Virus record (IMG/VR): IMGVR_UViG_3300022562_001969 | Coordinates: 1-64,000 of that record | Direction: 5' to 3' (one strand) | Length of the DNA stretch: 64,000 nt | From: a virus | Part shown: positions 9,735 to 19,782 of the stretch, piece after piece | Numbering within the stretch: the first letter of the stretch is position 1 | How the letters are laid out: the number at the start of each line of letters is the position of its first letter | Notes under the pieces: model-generated | What the model was told of the DNA's origin: nothing | The model's database searches: none | Seen by the model: the letters and a program-made list of their open reading frames with translations, nothing else | Translations under genes and position numbers: made by a program

Positions 9735-9884
9735 CGCCGCCAGAGGCGACCACTATCATTTCAGGAGCAATTAGTATGGCTGATTTTACCACCTGGTAAT
9801 AATTTTACATCCCTGTATTGCATTACTGAAAAATATATGGTATTATATCTACAAATCATTATGAAGAAAGGAGGTCTATTGGAC

Positions 9885-10178
9885 ATGAGCGGACTGATGG
9901 AGCTGATAAAAGTCAGACAAGGTGATGTTTCGAATGAAAAATATGCCAACCTGATTGGACTGACTGGCGTGTCGTTATGGCGATATCACAACGACAAAAG
10001 CGAAATCAACCTCGAGGCCATACAAAAACTTGGCGCGTTTTTTGCCAACAACAACGACCCGGAAATGGTAGGCGCATTAGCCGCCTACGCGCTTGGGTTG
10101 CCTGTTGATAACACCGCCCTGGGCGCAATAGGCGAAACTGTTCTAAAAACGCTCAAAAATCCAACTCCATCAGTATAA
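9885..10178 (+). CDS. XRE-family HTH regulator (CI/Cro-like)
   Basis: SNEKYANLIGLTGVSLWRYHN HTH; AGGAGG RBS. Confidence 0.75.
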   Translation: MSGLMELIKVRQGDVSNEKYANLIGLTGVSLWRYHNDKSEINLEAIQKLGAFFANNNDPEMVGALAAYALGLPVDNTALGAIGETVLKTLKNPTPSV

Positions 10179-10365
10179 TACAATAAAACGCCCTCTTAAA
10201 AAAAAGGACGTTTCATTGTAGATGGATCTGGCCTCTAAGCCCTGATCCTATTCAATCCCGTAGCTTGCCGGCGGGGGATTGAGATCATCACACCAAATGG
10301 TGAATGATTGATGAAAGGAGAGTTGTAATACCTGGGGTGTTTAAAATAAAAATCCCCGGTTTCGG

Positions 10366-10428
10366 TAGCCTCGCTGATTGATCTACTGATCCGAAGTCAG
10401 CTGCTCTTATCCATTGAGCTACGAGGGC
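10366..10428 (-). tRNA. tRNA-Arg(UCG)-like RNA lacking the T-arm (pseudo-tRNA)
   Basis: GCCCTCG-TA-GCTCAATGGATAAGAGC-A-GCTGA-CTTCGGA-TCAGT then no TTCGA loop; short 3' acceptor strand CGAGG. Confidence 0.7.
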
Positions 10429-10530
10429 GAACGAAACCGAGGATTTTCTCGGTCATGATTAATCATTATTATAGCCATTTTTACCATATAGTCAATTCCG
10501 CACCCCCCACCCCGGGCCAAATGAATAACC

Positions 10531-11538
10531 CTACTGATTCTCACTAGTAAGCGCCCGCTGCGCCTCGTCTAATCGTTGGCCCAGCCCGCCGGCCTGATAG
10601 GCCGCCACCTGTTCCTGATTGCGAAGTTGCAAATACACTTCCGTCATTTTTATGGACCGGTGGCCTAACTGATCTTTAACTTTATGAATCGGAATATTTT
10701 GGTCCATCGCCGCCAAAGCGGATGAATGGCGAAGCGCATGGAATTTGCGATGCGGCAGTCCACAATCGCGACAATGCCGCCGCAACATCTGGTTCAGCGC
10801 ATCGCGGCCCAATGGCTTGCCGATCCCCACCCGCCCCCCATAAGAGACAAACAGTTCGGGCGAGCCGGATCGGGGCCGGATCTGCAACCAGGCCAAAAGC
10901 GCGGCGGCTACCTCATCATCAAAGCCGACGAAACGGTCCCGTTTAGATTTTGAGGTTTCTCGCCGGATGAGGGCCTGGCGACCGGGGATATCGACATCGG
11001 TCAGCTTCAAGCAAACAATCTCATTCGCCCTGGCGCCGGTCACATAGGCAAAATAGATGATGGCGTAATCGCGTTTCACCCGTTCATCCTTCTTAAAAAG
11101 GCTTTTAGCCCGGTTAGCCAAATGACGCAGCAATAGGGCAATTTCCTGATCAGTAAAGGCCGTCGGCGACAGGTCCGGCATCCGGGGGAACATCCCGGCC
11201 AGTTTCATCCGCCGCACCGGGTTCTCATCAACGGATAACAGGCCAACCCCTTCGCAATAGTTGAGAAAGGAGCGCAGATGCCGCCAGTAGTTGTGAACCG
11301 TGGCCTCGCTGTTGGACAGACTGACCGTTTCCAGCCAGTCCATCACCAGGTCAACCGAGGGTGGCCACGGCTCCGCCTCGGCGTACTGGGCGAATAGACG
11401 CAGGACGGAATTGTAGGCGCGGCGGGTGCTGGCCGCTTTGAATCGTTTGGCCCGGTTAAATTGGTCAATGTAGCTTAATAGGTCTGTTTCTGTTTCTTGA
11501 ATCATACCAAACCAATCGACGAGAGGGGTGATTACCAT
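10531..11538 (-). CDS. tyrosine recombinase/integrase 1 (XerC/D-like)
   Basis: TGARANE, SKSK, FHALRH, LGHRSIKMTEVY catalytic set. Confidence 0.92.
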   Translation of the reverse strand: MVITPLVDWFGMIQETETDLLSYIDQFNRAKRFKAASTRRAYNSVLRLFAQYAEAEPWPPSVDLVMDWLETVSLSNSEATVHNYWRHLRSFLNYCEGVGLLSVDENPVRRMKLAGMFPRMPDLSPTAFTDQEIALLLRHLANRAKSLFKKDERVKRDYAIIYFAYVTGARANEIVCLKLTDVDIPGRQALIRRETSKSKRDRFVGFDDEVAAALLAWLQIRPRSGSPELFVSYGGRVGIGKPLGRDALNQMLRRHCRDCGLPHRKFHALRHSSALAAMDQNIPIHKVKDQLGHRSIKMTEVYLQLRNQEQVAAYQAGGLGQRLDEAQRALTSENQ

Positions 11539-11570
11539 CTACAACCATCATATCATAAAGAGGTGTTTTT

Positions 11571-11900
11571 GTGATTACATTCGTCAAACCAATATTGATT
11601 TATTTAATCTATGTGGCTGTGGCCATCGCTCTCTGGCATTGGTTGGTGCAACAGCGATGGAAACCGCACGAAGACGCCAGATGGTTGCCCGCCATTTTGT
11701 TCGTGTTTCTACCGGGCTTCTACTTCGTCTGGCTGGAAATGCCGAGCCACTGGATTATCATCGTCCAATTTTTTGGTTTTGTCGCCGCCTTTTTAACGAA
11801 AAAGGGGCTTGATTTTCAATCTGAGACCAGAATAACATCGTCACTGCGGAGGAAAATCTATGACGAACTCGGAGGATCGTCCCCGCATCCCGGATCATGA
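11571..11900 (+). CDS. small membrane protein
   Basis: Three hydrophobic segments; GAGG RBS. Confidence 0.6.
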   Translation: MITFVKPILIYLIYVAVAIALWHWLVQQRWKPHEDARWLPAILFVFLPGFYFVWLEMPSHWIIIVQFFGFVAAFLTKKGLDFQSETRITSSLRRKIYDELGGSSPHPGS

Positions 11901-12228
11901 GCTGGCCCTGCTGGAAAATAGCATGGCGTTGGTCCTGGACGCTATTCACCACTTACAACGGGCCACTATGTCAACGACCGACCCGGAGACGTTGACCCAT
12001 ATTTACGGGGTGGCCCGCAGTTTAAGCAGACTAAAGAAATTATTGTTGAGCTGGAAACCGCTGCGCACCGGGAACGCCGGCCAGCCGACCCTGACAATGC
12101 CCGCCCCATTGGTCAAAGAAGAGGCCATCAAGGAACTTAATGGCTCCCTCGACTTGCTGGAACAGGCGTTTCAGGAGATAAGCGCCTTAAAAACAAAGCT
12201 AGAAGCCCAAAGGAGCCTGAACGAATGA
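11860..12228 (+). CDS. hypothetical coiled-coil protein
   Basis: GGAGG RBS; overlaps neighbours. Confidence 0.6.
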   Translation: MTNSEDRPRIPDHELALLENSMALVLDAIHHLQRATMSTTDPETLTHIYGVARSLSRLKKLLLSWKPLRTGNAGQPTLTMPAPLVKEEAIKELNGSLDLLEQAFQEISALKTKLEAQRSLNE

Positions 12229-12440
12229 AAACAAAATCAATTTATCGTACCTGGGCCAGGGCGGAGGAGGTCCGCCGAAAGACCTTGCGCGCCATACGCC
12301 GCCAGGGCCGGCGTGTCCCCATGCTGCGCATCTACCGGGCAGGGACCGGCTGGGCAATCACCAGCCGCCCGCAGCGCCAACGCCAGGCCACCCCCTATCA
12401 ACGCCGCCCCTGGCGTTGGGAATGGATCAGCGCCAATTGA
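12225..12440 (+). CDS. small basic hypothetical protein
   Basis: ATGA coupling. Confidence 0.5.
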   Translation: MKTKSIYRTWARAEEVRRKTLRAIRRQGRRVPMLRIYRAGTGWAITSRPQRQRQATPYQRRPWRWEWISAN

Positions 12441-13466
12441 ATGAGTTACGAATTCCAAAATCGTGTCTTGTCTGTCTCCAAAACAAAACAGTCCCAACGG
12501 CTGCTAATGCTCACCCTGGCCCTGCATGCCGATAAATATGGCGTGTGTTGGCCCTCAGTCAACACCCTGGCCAAAGAACTCAACGCCGCCGTCAGAAATA
12601 CCAACGCCCTCATCGCCAGGCTCAAAGACAGTGGCGAGATAATCATCATCGAGGGGGGAGGGCGCGAAATTAGCAACACCTATATTATCACCCTGGGACA
12701 ATCGGAAACAGATATCGCCCGCATATTAAAAACCCACCCCCGCCTGATCGGGCGTGTAAACCCTGATGATAACATCATAGTATCCAATGACATAAACCCT
12801 GATGATAGTGACATAAACCCTGATGATAGTGACATAAACCCTGATGATAACATCATAGTATCCGATGACATAAACCCTGATGATAGTGGCATAAACCCTG
12901 ATGATAGTGGCATAAACCCTGATGATAGTGGCATAAACCCTGATGATAACATCAGACGAATAGATAGAATATATAGAATCAGTGAATCTAAGAAGAAGAC
13001 ATGTGCGCCTGCGCCTGCGATCACGTTACCCGCTTGCGATCCGGAATTGGGCCGCTGTTATAACATCTATCTCAACAACATGGGAGGCTCGCTGACCGAT
13101 GTCCTGGTGCAGGATATTCGCACCGTTTATTACAGCCTCGCCCCTCCCGGCGGCGAGAAACAGTCAGACTGGTTTGAGTACGCCATCCTGGAGGCGCAAT
13201 CGAACCGGAAAAATAGTTGGTCCTATGTCAAAAAGATCGTCACCGCTATTGCAAATAATGGCAGTTTAGAAAAACATAAGGAGATCCGGCAAAATGGATA
13301 TTCAAACCGCGAATCAGAAACTAATGGCCTTACGCCAGGCGGACGAAATCAAGCGCAATCAACAACGAACGGCCATAGTGGGCCACCCGGCGAATCATAC
13401 GCCGAGTCCTATAGCCGCGTTAACGACGAAAACATTAGCGCCTATATGCGACGTTACTCCAACTGA
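12441..13466 (+). CDS. phage replication initiator (N-terminal HTH, C-terminal DnaD-like)
   Basis: CWPSVNTLAKEL HTH; WFEYAILEA...SWSYVKKIV; internal iterons; next to DnaC-like gene. Confidence 0.8.
   Translation: MSYEFQNRVLSVSKTKQSQRLLMLTLALHADKYGVCWPSVNTLAKELNAAVRNTNALIARLKDSGEIIIIEGGGREISNTYIITLGQSETDIARILKTHPRLIGRVNPDDNIIVSNDINPDDSDINPDDSDINPDDNIIVSDDINPDDSGINPDDSGINPDDSGINPDDNIRRIDRIYRISESKKKTCAPAPAITLPACDPELGRCYNIYLNNMGGSLTDVLVQDIRTVYYSLAPPGGEKQSDWFEYAILEAQSNRKNSWSYVKKIVTAIANNGSLEKHKEIRQNGYSNRESETNGLTPGGRNQAQSTTNGHSGPPGESYAESYSRVNDENISAYMRRYSN
12757..12948. repeat. iteron array, probable replication origin (8 x TAAACCCTGATGATA, 21/36-bp spacing)
   Basis: Direct repeats inside the initiator gene encoding NPDD x8. 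Confidence 0.8.
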
Positions 13467-14262
13467 GTATGAATGGCGCTGCCCCGATTGCGGCGCCATC
13501 GTCGGCCCGGTCGAAGTGGAGGACCATAAGGGTCATATTTTCTACTATCGCCGCCAGTTTTGCCATTGTGCGGCCCAGAGCGCAAAAAAAACCGAGTATG
13601 AACGCCAGATGGCCTATCAAGACTGGCGCGATCAGGCCCGGCGCTTGGCCGATCAAGCCGGTCTCAATCAGGGGCTCTATGATAGCTTCCGCTTCACCCG
13701 CTGGAATAAGGAACGCCCTCAGTCTAACGCCGGAGAGGTCTTTGACAAGGTCAATCTGTATATCGACCAGGTCCTGAATGATCCTGAGTATCCCCGTCGC
13801 TGGCTGTATCTCTACGGCCCCAACGGCAACGGCAAAACCCACCTGGGGGTGGCCGCCCTGCGCAAAATCGCCCTCTCCAAACTGTGGCGGCCCTATATCG
13901 TGGTCTGGCCGGAATTATGCCAGGCCACTAAAGAGAGCTGGTCGAGCGATCATGGCCCCTCTGAGGGCCAATTGTGGGGACCGGCCAAGACGGCCCCGAT
14001 TTTGTTGCTTGATGACCTGGACAAGGTGACCACCTCCGAGTGGTCGATGGAGAAACTTTTGGGAACGATTCATTGCCGGGTAGTGCGCAGGTTGCCCACC
14101 ATCATCACCGCTAACCGGGCTCTGGATGTACTGAAGAGGCAATGGCAAGGCTCCAAATTGCCCCATGTGCAGGATACCGGCCTGGCCATCCTCTCTCGCA
14201 TCGCCAACGAATTATGGAGTATGATTCGCTTTTCCGGACCCGATCAAAGGTGGATAGACTGA
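13294..14262 (+). CDS. DnaC/IstB-like AAA+ helicase loader
   Basis: Walker A GPNGNGKT, Walker B LLLDDL, PTIITAN, zinc-binding CPDC/CHC. Confidence 0.88.
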   Translation: MDIQTANQKLMALRQADEIKRNQQRTAIVGHPANHTPSPIAALTTKTLAPICDVTPTEYEWRCPDCGAIVGPVEVEDHKGHIFYYRRQFCHCAAQSAKKTEYERQMAYQDWRDQARRLADQAGLNQGLYDSFRFTRWNKERPQSNAGEVFDKVNLYIDQVLNDPEYPRRWLYLYGPNGNGKTHLGVAALRKIALSKLWRPYIVVWPELCQATKESWSSDHGPSEGQLWGPAKTAPILLLDDLDKVTTSEWSMEKLLGTIHCRVVRRLPTIITANRALDVLKRQWQGSKLPHVQDTGLAILSRIANELWSMIRFSGPDQRWID

Positions 14263-14471
14263 TGCAAAAGGGTGTTGCAATTCGTAAATGTTCGCGCGCG
14301 AACATTGCCACGCCGCTCTATTACGCCGCGCTGAAGCTGGTCGAACTGATTGACCAGCGCCTGGCCACCGGCACAGGCCATTATCGCGACCGCAACGGGC
14401 GGCTACTGACCGATTTGGGCGAGGTGGTGCAGGCTATTATTAGTGGCCATCTGGAAGCGGGTGACCACTAA
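14262..14471 (+). CDS. hypothetical protein
   Basis: Coupled ORF starting MQKG. Confidence 0.5.
   Translation: MQKGVAIRKCSRANIATPLYYAALKLVELIDQRLATGTGHYRDRNGRLLTDLGEVVQAIISGHLEAGDH
14289..14304. promoter_or_regulatory. parS-like palindrome, copy 2
   Basis: TGTTCGCGCGCGAACA. Confidence 0.6.
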
Positions 14472-14827
14472 TGAGCAAGCTAATTGGAATCGCCGCCGAA
14501 ATGAAGCGCGAGGCCCGGGCCAATCTGGGCCAACCCGTCCGCCGCCAACTAAAAGGCGGCCTCCACCTGGTCCTGTTGCAAACCATCCGCCAGAGCCAAT
14601 TGTCCCTGATTCGCGATGGCGTCACCCCCTCCCCCAAAGAAGTCGAGGTCATCCGCCGCGATTTCGAGGTCCCGGCGGCGGCCAGGCTGGAGCGGGATCA
14701 AAAGTTAACCCAGGGGCGGTCATTTTATATCGTTCGCCTGATCTGGCCGCAAACCAATCAATTAACCCTCTTCGCGGAAGAGGACAATCGGGTCGTGATG
14801 ACCTGGAAAGGACAATCAACCTTATGA
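14471..14827 (+). CDS. hypothetical protein
   Basis: Coupled ORF. Confidence 0.55.
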   Translation: MSKLIGIAAEMKREARANLGQPVRRQLKGGLHLVLLQTIRQSQLSLIRDGVTPSPKEVEVIRRDFEVPAAARLERDQKLTQGRSFYIVRLIWPQTNQLTLFAEEDNRVVMTWKGQSTL

Positions 14828-15549
14828 AGTATTTAGCGTTTGACCTTGAAATTGCAGCGGAGATACCAGAAGGAGAAACCGATTGGAAGCAATACCGCCC
14901 CCTGGGGATCACCTGCGCGGCGGCCGCCGATAACGAGGGGAATTTGTGGAACTGGTGGGCCCACGATGACTATGGGCGATTTACGCCCCGGATGACCGGC
15001 GAGCAATGCCGGCAGATGTTGGCCGATCTGGGCCGGCTGGTCGATGGCTTTGATTACACCCTGCTCACCTGGAATGGCCTGGGCTTTGACTTCGATATTT
15101 TGGCGGAGGAGAGCGGGGAGCCTGAAATATGCAAACGGATGGCCTTGGATCACGTTGATTTAATGTTCCAGTTTTTTTGTTTCAAGGGTTACCCGCTGGG
15201 GCTGGACACCGCCGCAAAGGGGATGGGCCTGCCCGGCAAAACTGAGGGGATGGACAGGGCTAAAGCGCCGGAGTTGTGGGCTGCCGGGGAATATCATAAA
15301 GTCCTGGCGTATGTCAGCCAGGATGTCAAAGTGACCGTCACCTTAGCCCAGGCTATTAAAGCGCGAGGCGCGTTGAACTGGATCAGCCGGTCGGGCCGCG
15401 AAAATCAGTGCCAGTTTTTGGGTTTTATACCGGTCAGAGAGTGTATTACCGTGCCCGGTCCTGACACGTCCTGGATGACCGACCCCTGGCCCCGGTCGAA
15501 ATTTTACGAGTGGACGACGACGGAACAACTGTTAGTAATTGATAATTGA
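14824..15549 (+). CDS. DEDD 3'-5' exonuclease (RNase H-like fold)
   Basis: AFDLE, TWNGLGFDF, YVSQDV motifs. Confidence 0.85.
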   Translation: MKYLAFDLEIAAEIPEGETDWKQYRPLGITCAAAADNEGNLWNWWAHDDYGRFTPRMTGEQCRQMLADLGRLVDGFDYTLLTWNGLGFDFDILAEESGEPEICKRMALDHVDLMFQFFCFKGYPLGLDTAAKGMGLPGKTEGMDRAKAPELWAAGEYHKVLAYVSQDVKVTVTLAQAIKARGALNWISRSGRENQCQFLGFIPVRECITVPGPDTSWMTDPWPRSKFYEWTTTEQLLVIDN

Positions 15550-15600
15550 TAATTGATAATTGATAATTGACATTTTGGTTTAATTGAGGAGCTAACAACG

Positions 15601-16350
15601 ATGGAAATCAAAAACGTAACCGTTAAATATGGCCTGACTTACAACCTCGGCGATTATAACAATGTCCGGCCGGAGGTGGTCCTGTCGGCTGAACTGGCGG
15701 CAAATGAGGATCCGGCGGCCGCCTTGACCCTGCTGGAAGATCGAGCCCGGGCGCGGGTAGAGGCGATGGTAGATGAGGCGCTGGAACGGCTGGACGAGGC
15801 GCCATTTTTTTATGATGGCCCGCGATATACGCTTTATACGATGGACACGGATAAATTGGCCGTCATCGCCCCGGCCGGAGATCCCGCTCTGGCAGCGTGG
15901 CATGAGAAAGTCAGGAACCGGCGCTGCGCGGTGGTCAGCGCTGCGCTTGCCAGTGATAAGTATGCCGGTTATCGCCGGTTTGATTGCTCCAGTGGCGATC
16001 TATCTCGTCTGCCGCTATTGGAGAGTTTTAAGCGAATTGTCAACGCCGACTATGACCGCAATGCGACCACTTTCGCTTTGATAATGGCTGACGCTGACAT
16101 TCCCGACGGCTGGCGTTCTTCATCCTGGCATCTATCCAACCGGCTCAGAGAAAATGTGATCATTCAAATCGCGACAGAAGCTCAGGAAAAAGGCGTGGCT
16201 TTCATTGACGCCACCGGCGGCGATTTCACCAAGCTGCCGCCGCCGGTCAGCCGGCCGCCTGAGCCGGCGAGAATAGATGAGGATGAATTCGACGATGAAG
16301 ACGATGAGGATGAATTCGACGATGAAGACGATTATGAAGTCGAATTTTAA
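15601..16350 (+). CDS. hypothetical protein with acidic tail
   Basis: GAGGAG RBS; 27-bp duplication encoding DEDEFDDED. Confidence 0.65.
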   Translation: MEIKNVTVKYGLTYNLGDYNNVRPEVVLSAELAANEDPAAALTLLEDRARARVEAMVDEALERLDEAPFFYDGPRYTLYTMDTDKLAVIAPAGDPALAAWHEKVRNRRCAVVSAALASDKYAGYRRFDCSSGDLSRLPLLESFKRIVNADYDRNATTFALIMADADIPDGWRSSSWHLSNRLRENVIIQIATEAQEKGVAFIDATGGDFTKLPPPVSRPPEPARIDEDEFDDEDDEDEFDDEDDYEVEF

Positions 16351-16548
16351 TTCGTCCGGCGACAGCTCAATCAGCCGCAGCCAATCGGCCGAAACCAGGC
16401 CGGGCCAGATGGTGGATTGGCTGGCTTTATTGGCGGTGTTGTTGGCCGCCCTGGCCATTATCGTGACCAGCGTCGGCCAGGATACCGGGGACGCCAGTTG
16501 CCAACAACAGGCTATTATAAACCAGATTATTAGCGGAGAGAGCGAACG

Positions 16549-17115
16549 ATGAGTATCAAGGCCGATGTTTGGATTGAGAAAATGGCCCTCGAGTACGGCA
16601 TGATTGAGTCCTTTCAGGCCGACCAGGTTCGCGAGGGGGTCATTTCCTACGGCCTCTCTTCCTATGGCTATGACATCCGTGTGGCAGACGAGTTCAAAAT
16701 CTTCACCAACGTCAACACCACCGTCGTCGATCCGAAAAACTTTGATCCTCAATCGTTTGTCGAGTTTCAGGGTGAGATTTGCACCATTCCCCCTAACTCT
16801 TTTGCCCTGGCCCGCAGCGTTGAATATATACGGATGCTGCGTAATGTAATAGGGATTACGTTGGGCAAATCGACTTATGCCCGCTGTGGGGTGATAACGA
16901 ATTTTACCCCCTTAGAAGCTGGTTGGGAGGGCCACATCACCATCGAGATTAGCAATACCACCCCCCTCCCGGCCCGCATCTACGCCAACGAGGGAATCGC
17001 CCAAATCCTGTTTTTCGCCAGCGATGAAGCTTGCCGGGTTAGCTACGCCGACCGGCGCGGCGGCCAGGGCGGCAAGTATCAGGGGCAGCGGGGTATCACG
17101 TTGCCGAGATTGTGA
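16549..17115 (+). CDS. dcd: dCTP deaminase
   Basis: [37 protein letters not shown]. Confidence 0.95.
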   Translation: MSIKADVWIEKMALEYGMIESFQADQVREGVISYGLSSYGYDIRVADEFKIFTNVNTTVVDPKNFDPQSFVEFQGEICTIPPNSFALARSVEYIRMLRNVIGITLGKSTYARCGVITNFTPLEAGWEGHITIEISNTTPLPARIYANEGIAQILFFASDEACRVSYADRRGGQGGKYQGQRGITLPRL

Positions 17116-17178
17116 CGATGGACGATGGACGACCGACGATAGACGACGGGCACGGCGCCCAAAGGAGGAATCAAGACT

Positions 17179-17658
17179 ATGAGACTACTTGAAAAAATAT
17201 CTGATATGAATTGGTTTTCAGTAAAAGACGGCGATGCCAGAGCATTTGCCCTGATGCGCAGACACTATAGTTTTAATCACTATGCAGACAATAGGCGGGA
17301 AAACCTGAATTATCGGAACCGTTTTTTATTTGTCGGCCCCGGAGAGAAGATGATTTTAATGACTGCCGACTGCAAGGCGCTTTTTGTGTGGCGGAAATTC
17401 ATTGACGCTTCCGGCCAGAATGGCATTAATTGCGCCGTATTTCGCAACGAAAGCGCGTTGCTCTCAAGTAGTTTAATACTGGAAGCTGAAGCGCTCGCCT
17501 GGCGAAGATGGCCAAACGAGCGGTTGTACACCTATGTCAATCCCGACAAGGTGAGCGATAATCCTGGATATTGTTTCAAGTGCGCCGGATGGGTATATGT
17601 GGGAAAGACAAAGTATAATCGGCTCCATATTTTGGAAAAATGCGCCGGAGGGCAATGA
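17179..17658 (+). CDS. Mom-like/GNAT-fold phage protein
   Basis: RRHYS...AVFRNE...RLYTYVNP...PGYCFKCAGW resembles Mom-type DNA modification proteins. Confidence 0.5.
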   Translation: MRLLEKISDMNWFSVKDGDARAFALMRRHYSFNHYADNRRENLNYRNRFLFVGPGEKMILMTADCKALFVWRKFIDASGQNGINCAVFRNESALLSSSLILEAEALAWRRWPNERLYTYVNPDKVSDNPGYCFKCAGWVYVGKTKYNRLHILEKCAGGQ

Positions 17659-17987
17659 GGCTCTTGAATAAGGAAATGGAGCCTCATAAATTTGATGCCA
17701 TTTTGGGCGGGGCCGCCCCAACGACAGGGGACCAACGGCATAGGCCAGCCATCCGCAGGGCATAAGCTGCGGACGTAACACCGCCCGATTAGATGATATA
17801 GCCCGGAAGCCATAGCCCATAGGGTTGATATACCGGGACAGGTAGGCCAATAAATCATATATGGCGGAATGGTCTACCCGCAAGCTGAGTGTGCGTGTTG
17901 ACAGTAGGATACTGGAACCGGCTGGCCCGGCCGTCTCAGTAGGGCCCAGAAATATCCACCATTCATTACGTTGAAAGGAAGGTAGAT

Positions 17988-18551
17988 TTGAATCAATTAA
18001 CAAGCATCACTGATCAACCGGCTCGCTGTACTTGCGGCTGGCAGGGGACGGTATGGGATTGCGAGGCCAATGAAGCCGAGGATAGCGATGGGGAACTACT
18101 TTGCCCAAATTGTTTGGCGGAAGTAGCCGTTTATGCGTCGCCAACTTTTAATGAGATTGTGGCCCTGTTGGACCGCTGTGGTTTACCGGTGACGATTCGT
18201 TACGATCCTGAGCGGGCGGCGAATCGGTTTACCGTAATTGGCCCGGCTGAGGTGGGGCGACTGTGCGATACGGATGAGCCGCTGGTAGTTTTGCGCGGGT
18301 GGTTAGTCGAAAGACTGATGATCTGTGATGGTTGCCAACATTTACGAAAAAGCCTTCATCGTTCTGGCAGGAATCCGGTTTATCAATCTCATTGTGAACA
18401 TCCTCAGATTATCCAGGATCACGATGTTATTTGTAGAGGCAGGATGAATATGGTCAAAAGGCCGGGCCGATATATTATCAGAAGCGCGTCAATTCAAATC
18501 AATAGGCCCAATTGGTGTCCAATATTAAATAATAAAGAGCTAGAGGCATAA
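17988..18551 (+). CDS. Cys-rich hypothetical protein
   Basis: CTCG, CPNC, CDGC, PNWCP. Confidence 0.55.
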   Translation: MNQLTSITDQPARCTCGWQGTVWDCEANEAEDSDGELLCPNCLAEVAVYASPTFNEIVALLDRCGLPVTIRYDPERAANRFTVIGPAEVGRLCDTDEPLVVLRGWLVERLMICDGCQHLRKSLHRSGRNPVYQSHCEHPQIIQDHDVICRGRMNMVKRPGRYIIRSASIQINRPNWCPILNNKELEA

Positions 18552-18553
18552 TC

Positions 18554-19141
18554 ATGGCATTTGATCCGCAAAGTTGGAATAAACAATTCTTGGCCAGCCC
18601 CGGCTACAATGACGCCCAAAATTATGGGGCGCAGATTAAGACCACGCCCGGCGCAACGTGGCGGGTGATCGGGGTGCATCATCTGAGCGGGGCGGAGAAT
18701 ATGGGCAATCACCATATTTATTGCGATGTCCTGGCCGCAGGGGGAGAACGGGTTAACCTGGCCCGTTTGAGGTTATTGCAAGGCCAACAAGCCCCGGTGT
18801 ACGCCGTAATTGACAAGCCGGCCAATGAGCCGGGGACCAACTTCCCCCTCTGGGGCGAGACGCCGGCAACGGTGATGGTGGCCGGCGCGACCAGCGATTC
18901 GGTCAGCGGTCTGCGGATCAACCATGCGGACGAGGAGATCGGCAATACAATCGGCCATCATTCGTTTTATGTGGTTTGGCAAGCCGCCGCCGGGGTGGTT
19001 GAGCCGGAGCCTGAGCCGGAGCCGCCCGCTGAAACTGTTAGCGTCTTGACCTTGCGGGTAAAACGCGAGGATTTGCTAAAGATTAGCCCCGATGCGGCCG
19101 GGTTTATCGAGTTGGTTTTTGATGTGCAGGGGCCGAAATGA
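18554..19141 (+). CDS. hypothetical protein
   Basis: GAGG RBS; 195 aa with PE linker. Confidence 0.6.
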   Translation: MAFDPQSWNKQFLASPGYNDAQNYGAQIKTTPGATWRVIGVHHLSGAENMGNHHIYCDVLAAGGERVNLARLRLLQGQQAPVYAVIDKPANEPGTNFPLWGETPATVMVAGATSDSVSGLRINHADEEIGNTIGHHSFYVVWQAAAGVVEPEPEPEPPAETVSVLTLRVKREDLLKISPDAAGFIELVFDVQGPK

Positions 19142-19473
19142 ACTATTACTACGCCTGGAAGAATAACGAGAAAGGAGGAATCAAGACGATGAGCAAAGAA
19201 AAGCCGATTTGGCGAGACGGGGAACCTGAAAACTTAGCAGCGGCAGCGAATGATGCGTTGGAGTGGCTTAGATTATTTCAGAATTATTTAAGCCAACATA
19301 TCACTTCTGAAAAATCGGAGTGGGATCAAGCCAAAATAACGCTTGGCGGAGCTATAAGGAACTTATTGGCTTATCTCCCATCCGGCGAACCGCTGTATTT
19401 GGAAACTCACACAAAAACCGGGGTGGTTTTTGAGGTGGTAATATCATCGCAGAAAAAGATAGCGACGAAATGA
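19138..19473 (+). CDS. hypothetical protein (true start probably MSKEK)
   Basis: Internal AGGAGG RBS. Confidence 0.55.
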   Translation: MNYYYAWKNNEKGGIKTMSKEKPIWRDGEPENLAAAANDALEWLRLFQNYLSQHITSEKSEWDQAKITLGGAIRNLLAYLPSGEPLYLETHTKTGVVFEVVISSQKKIATK

Positions 19474-19538
19474 ACTATTACTACCGCCAGTGTCGAGTTA
19501 TCGCTCACGGCGCAACTACGACGCGCAGCCGTTGAAGG

Positions 19539-19763
19539 ATGAAAGGTGCGATAATGGCTAGATTGACAATCATGGCAAGCGAGAAACAAGCGATTGAGAT
19601 TGGAGGGCTGGTTGACGAGTTAGGAGTTGGATTTTATCGTGACGTTAAAGCAAAGTCAGGAGTCGGTAGAATGAAACCTTTCTCTCATCTAACCAGGTTA
19701 GAGGCTGATACAGTTATCGAGATGTTGAAGACTGAATTAAATAAGCAGTCTTCATCTCATTAA
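19539..19763 (+). CDS. hypothetical protein
   Basis: Short ORF before nrdJ. Confidence 0.45.
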   Translation: MKGAIMARLTIMASEKQAIEIGGLVDELGVGFYRDVKAKSGVGRMKPFSHLTRLEADTVIEMLKTELNKQSSSH

Positions 19764-19782
19764 ACTAAACGAGGTAAATATA

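Noticed and set aside
12757-12948. Possible CRISPR-like repeats
   Set aside because: No unique spacers; in-frame iterons within the initiator gene
14443-14823. N-terminal extension of the 368-aa exonuclease ORF
   Set aside because: Overlaps gene 14471-14827; ATGA-coupled start at 14824 is more plausible
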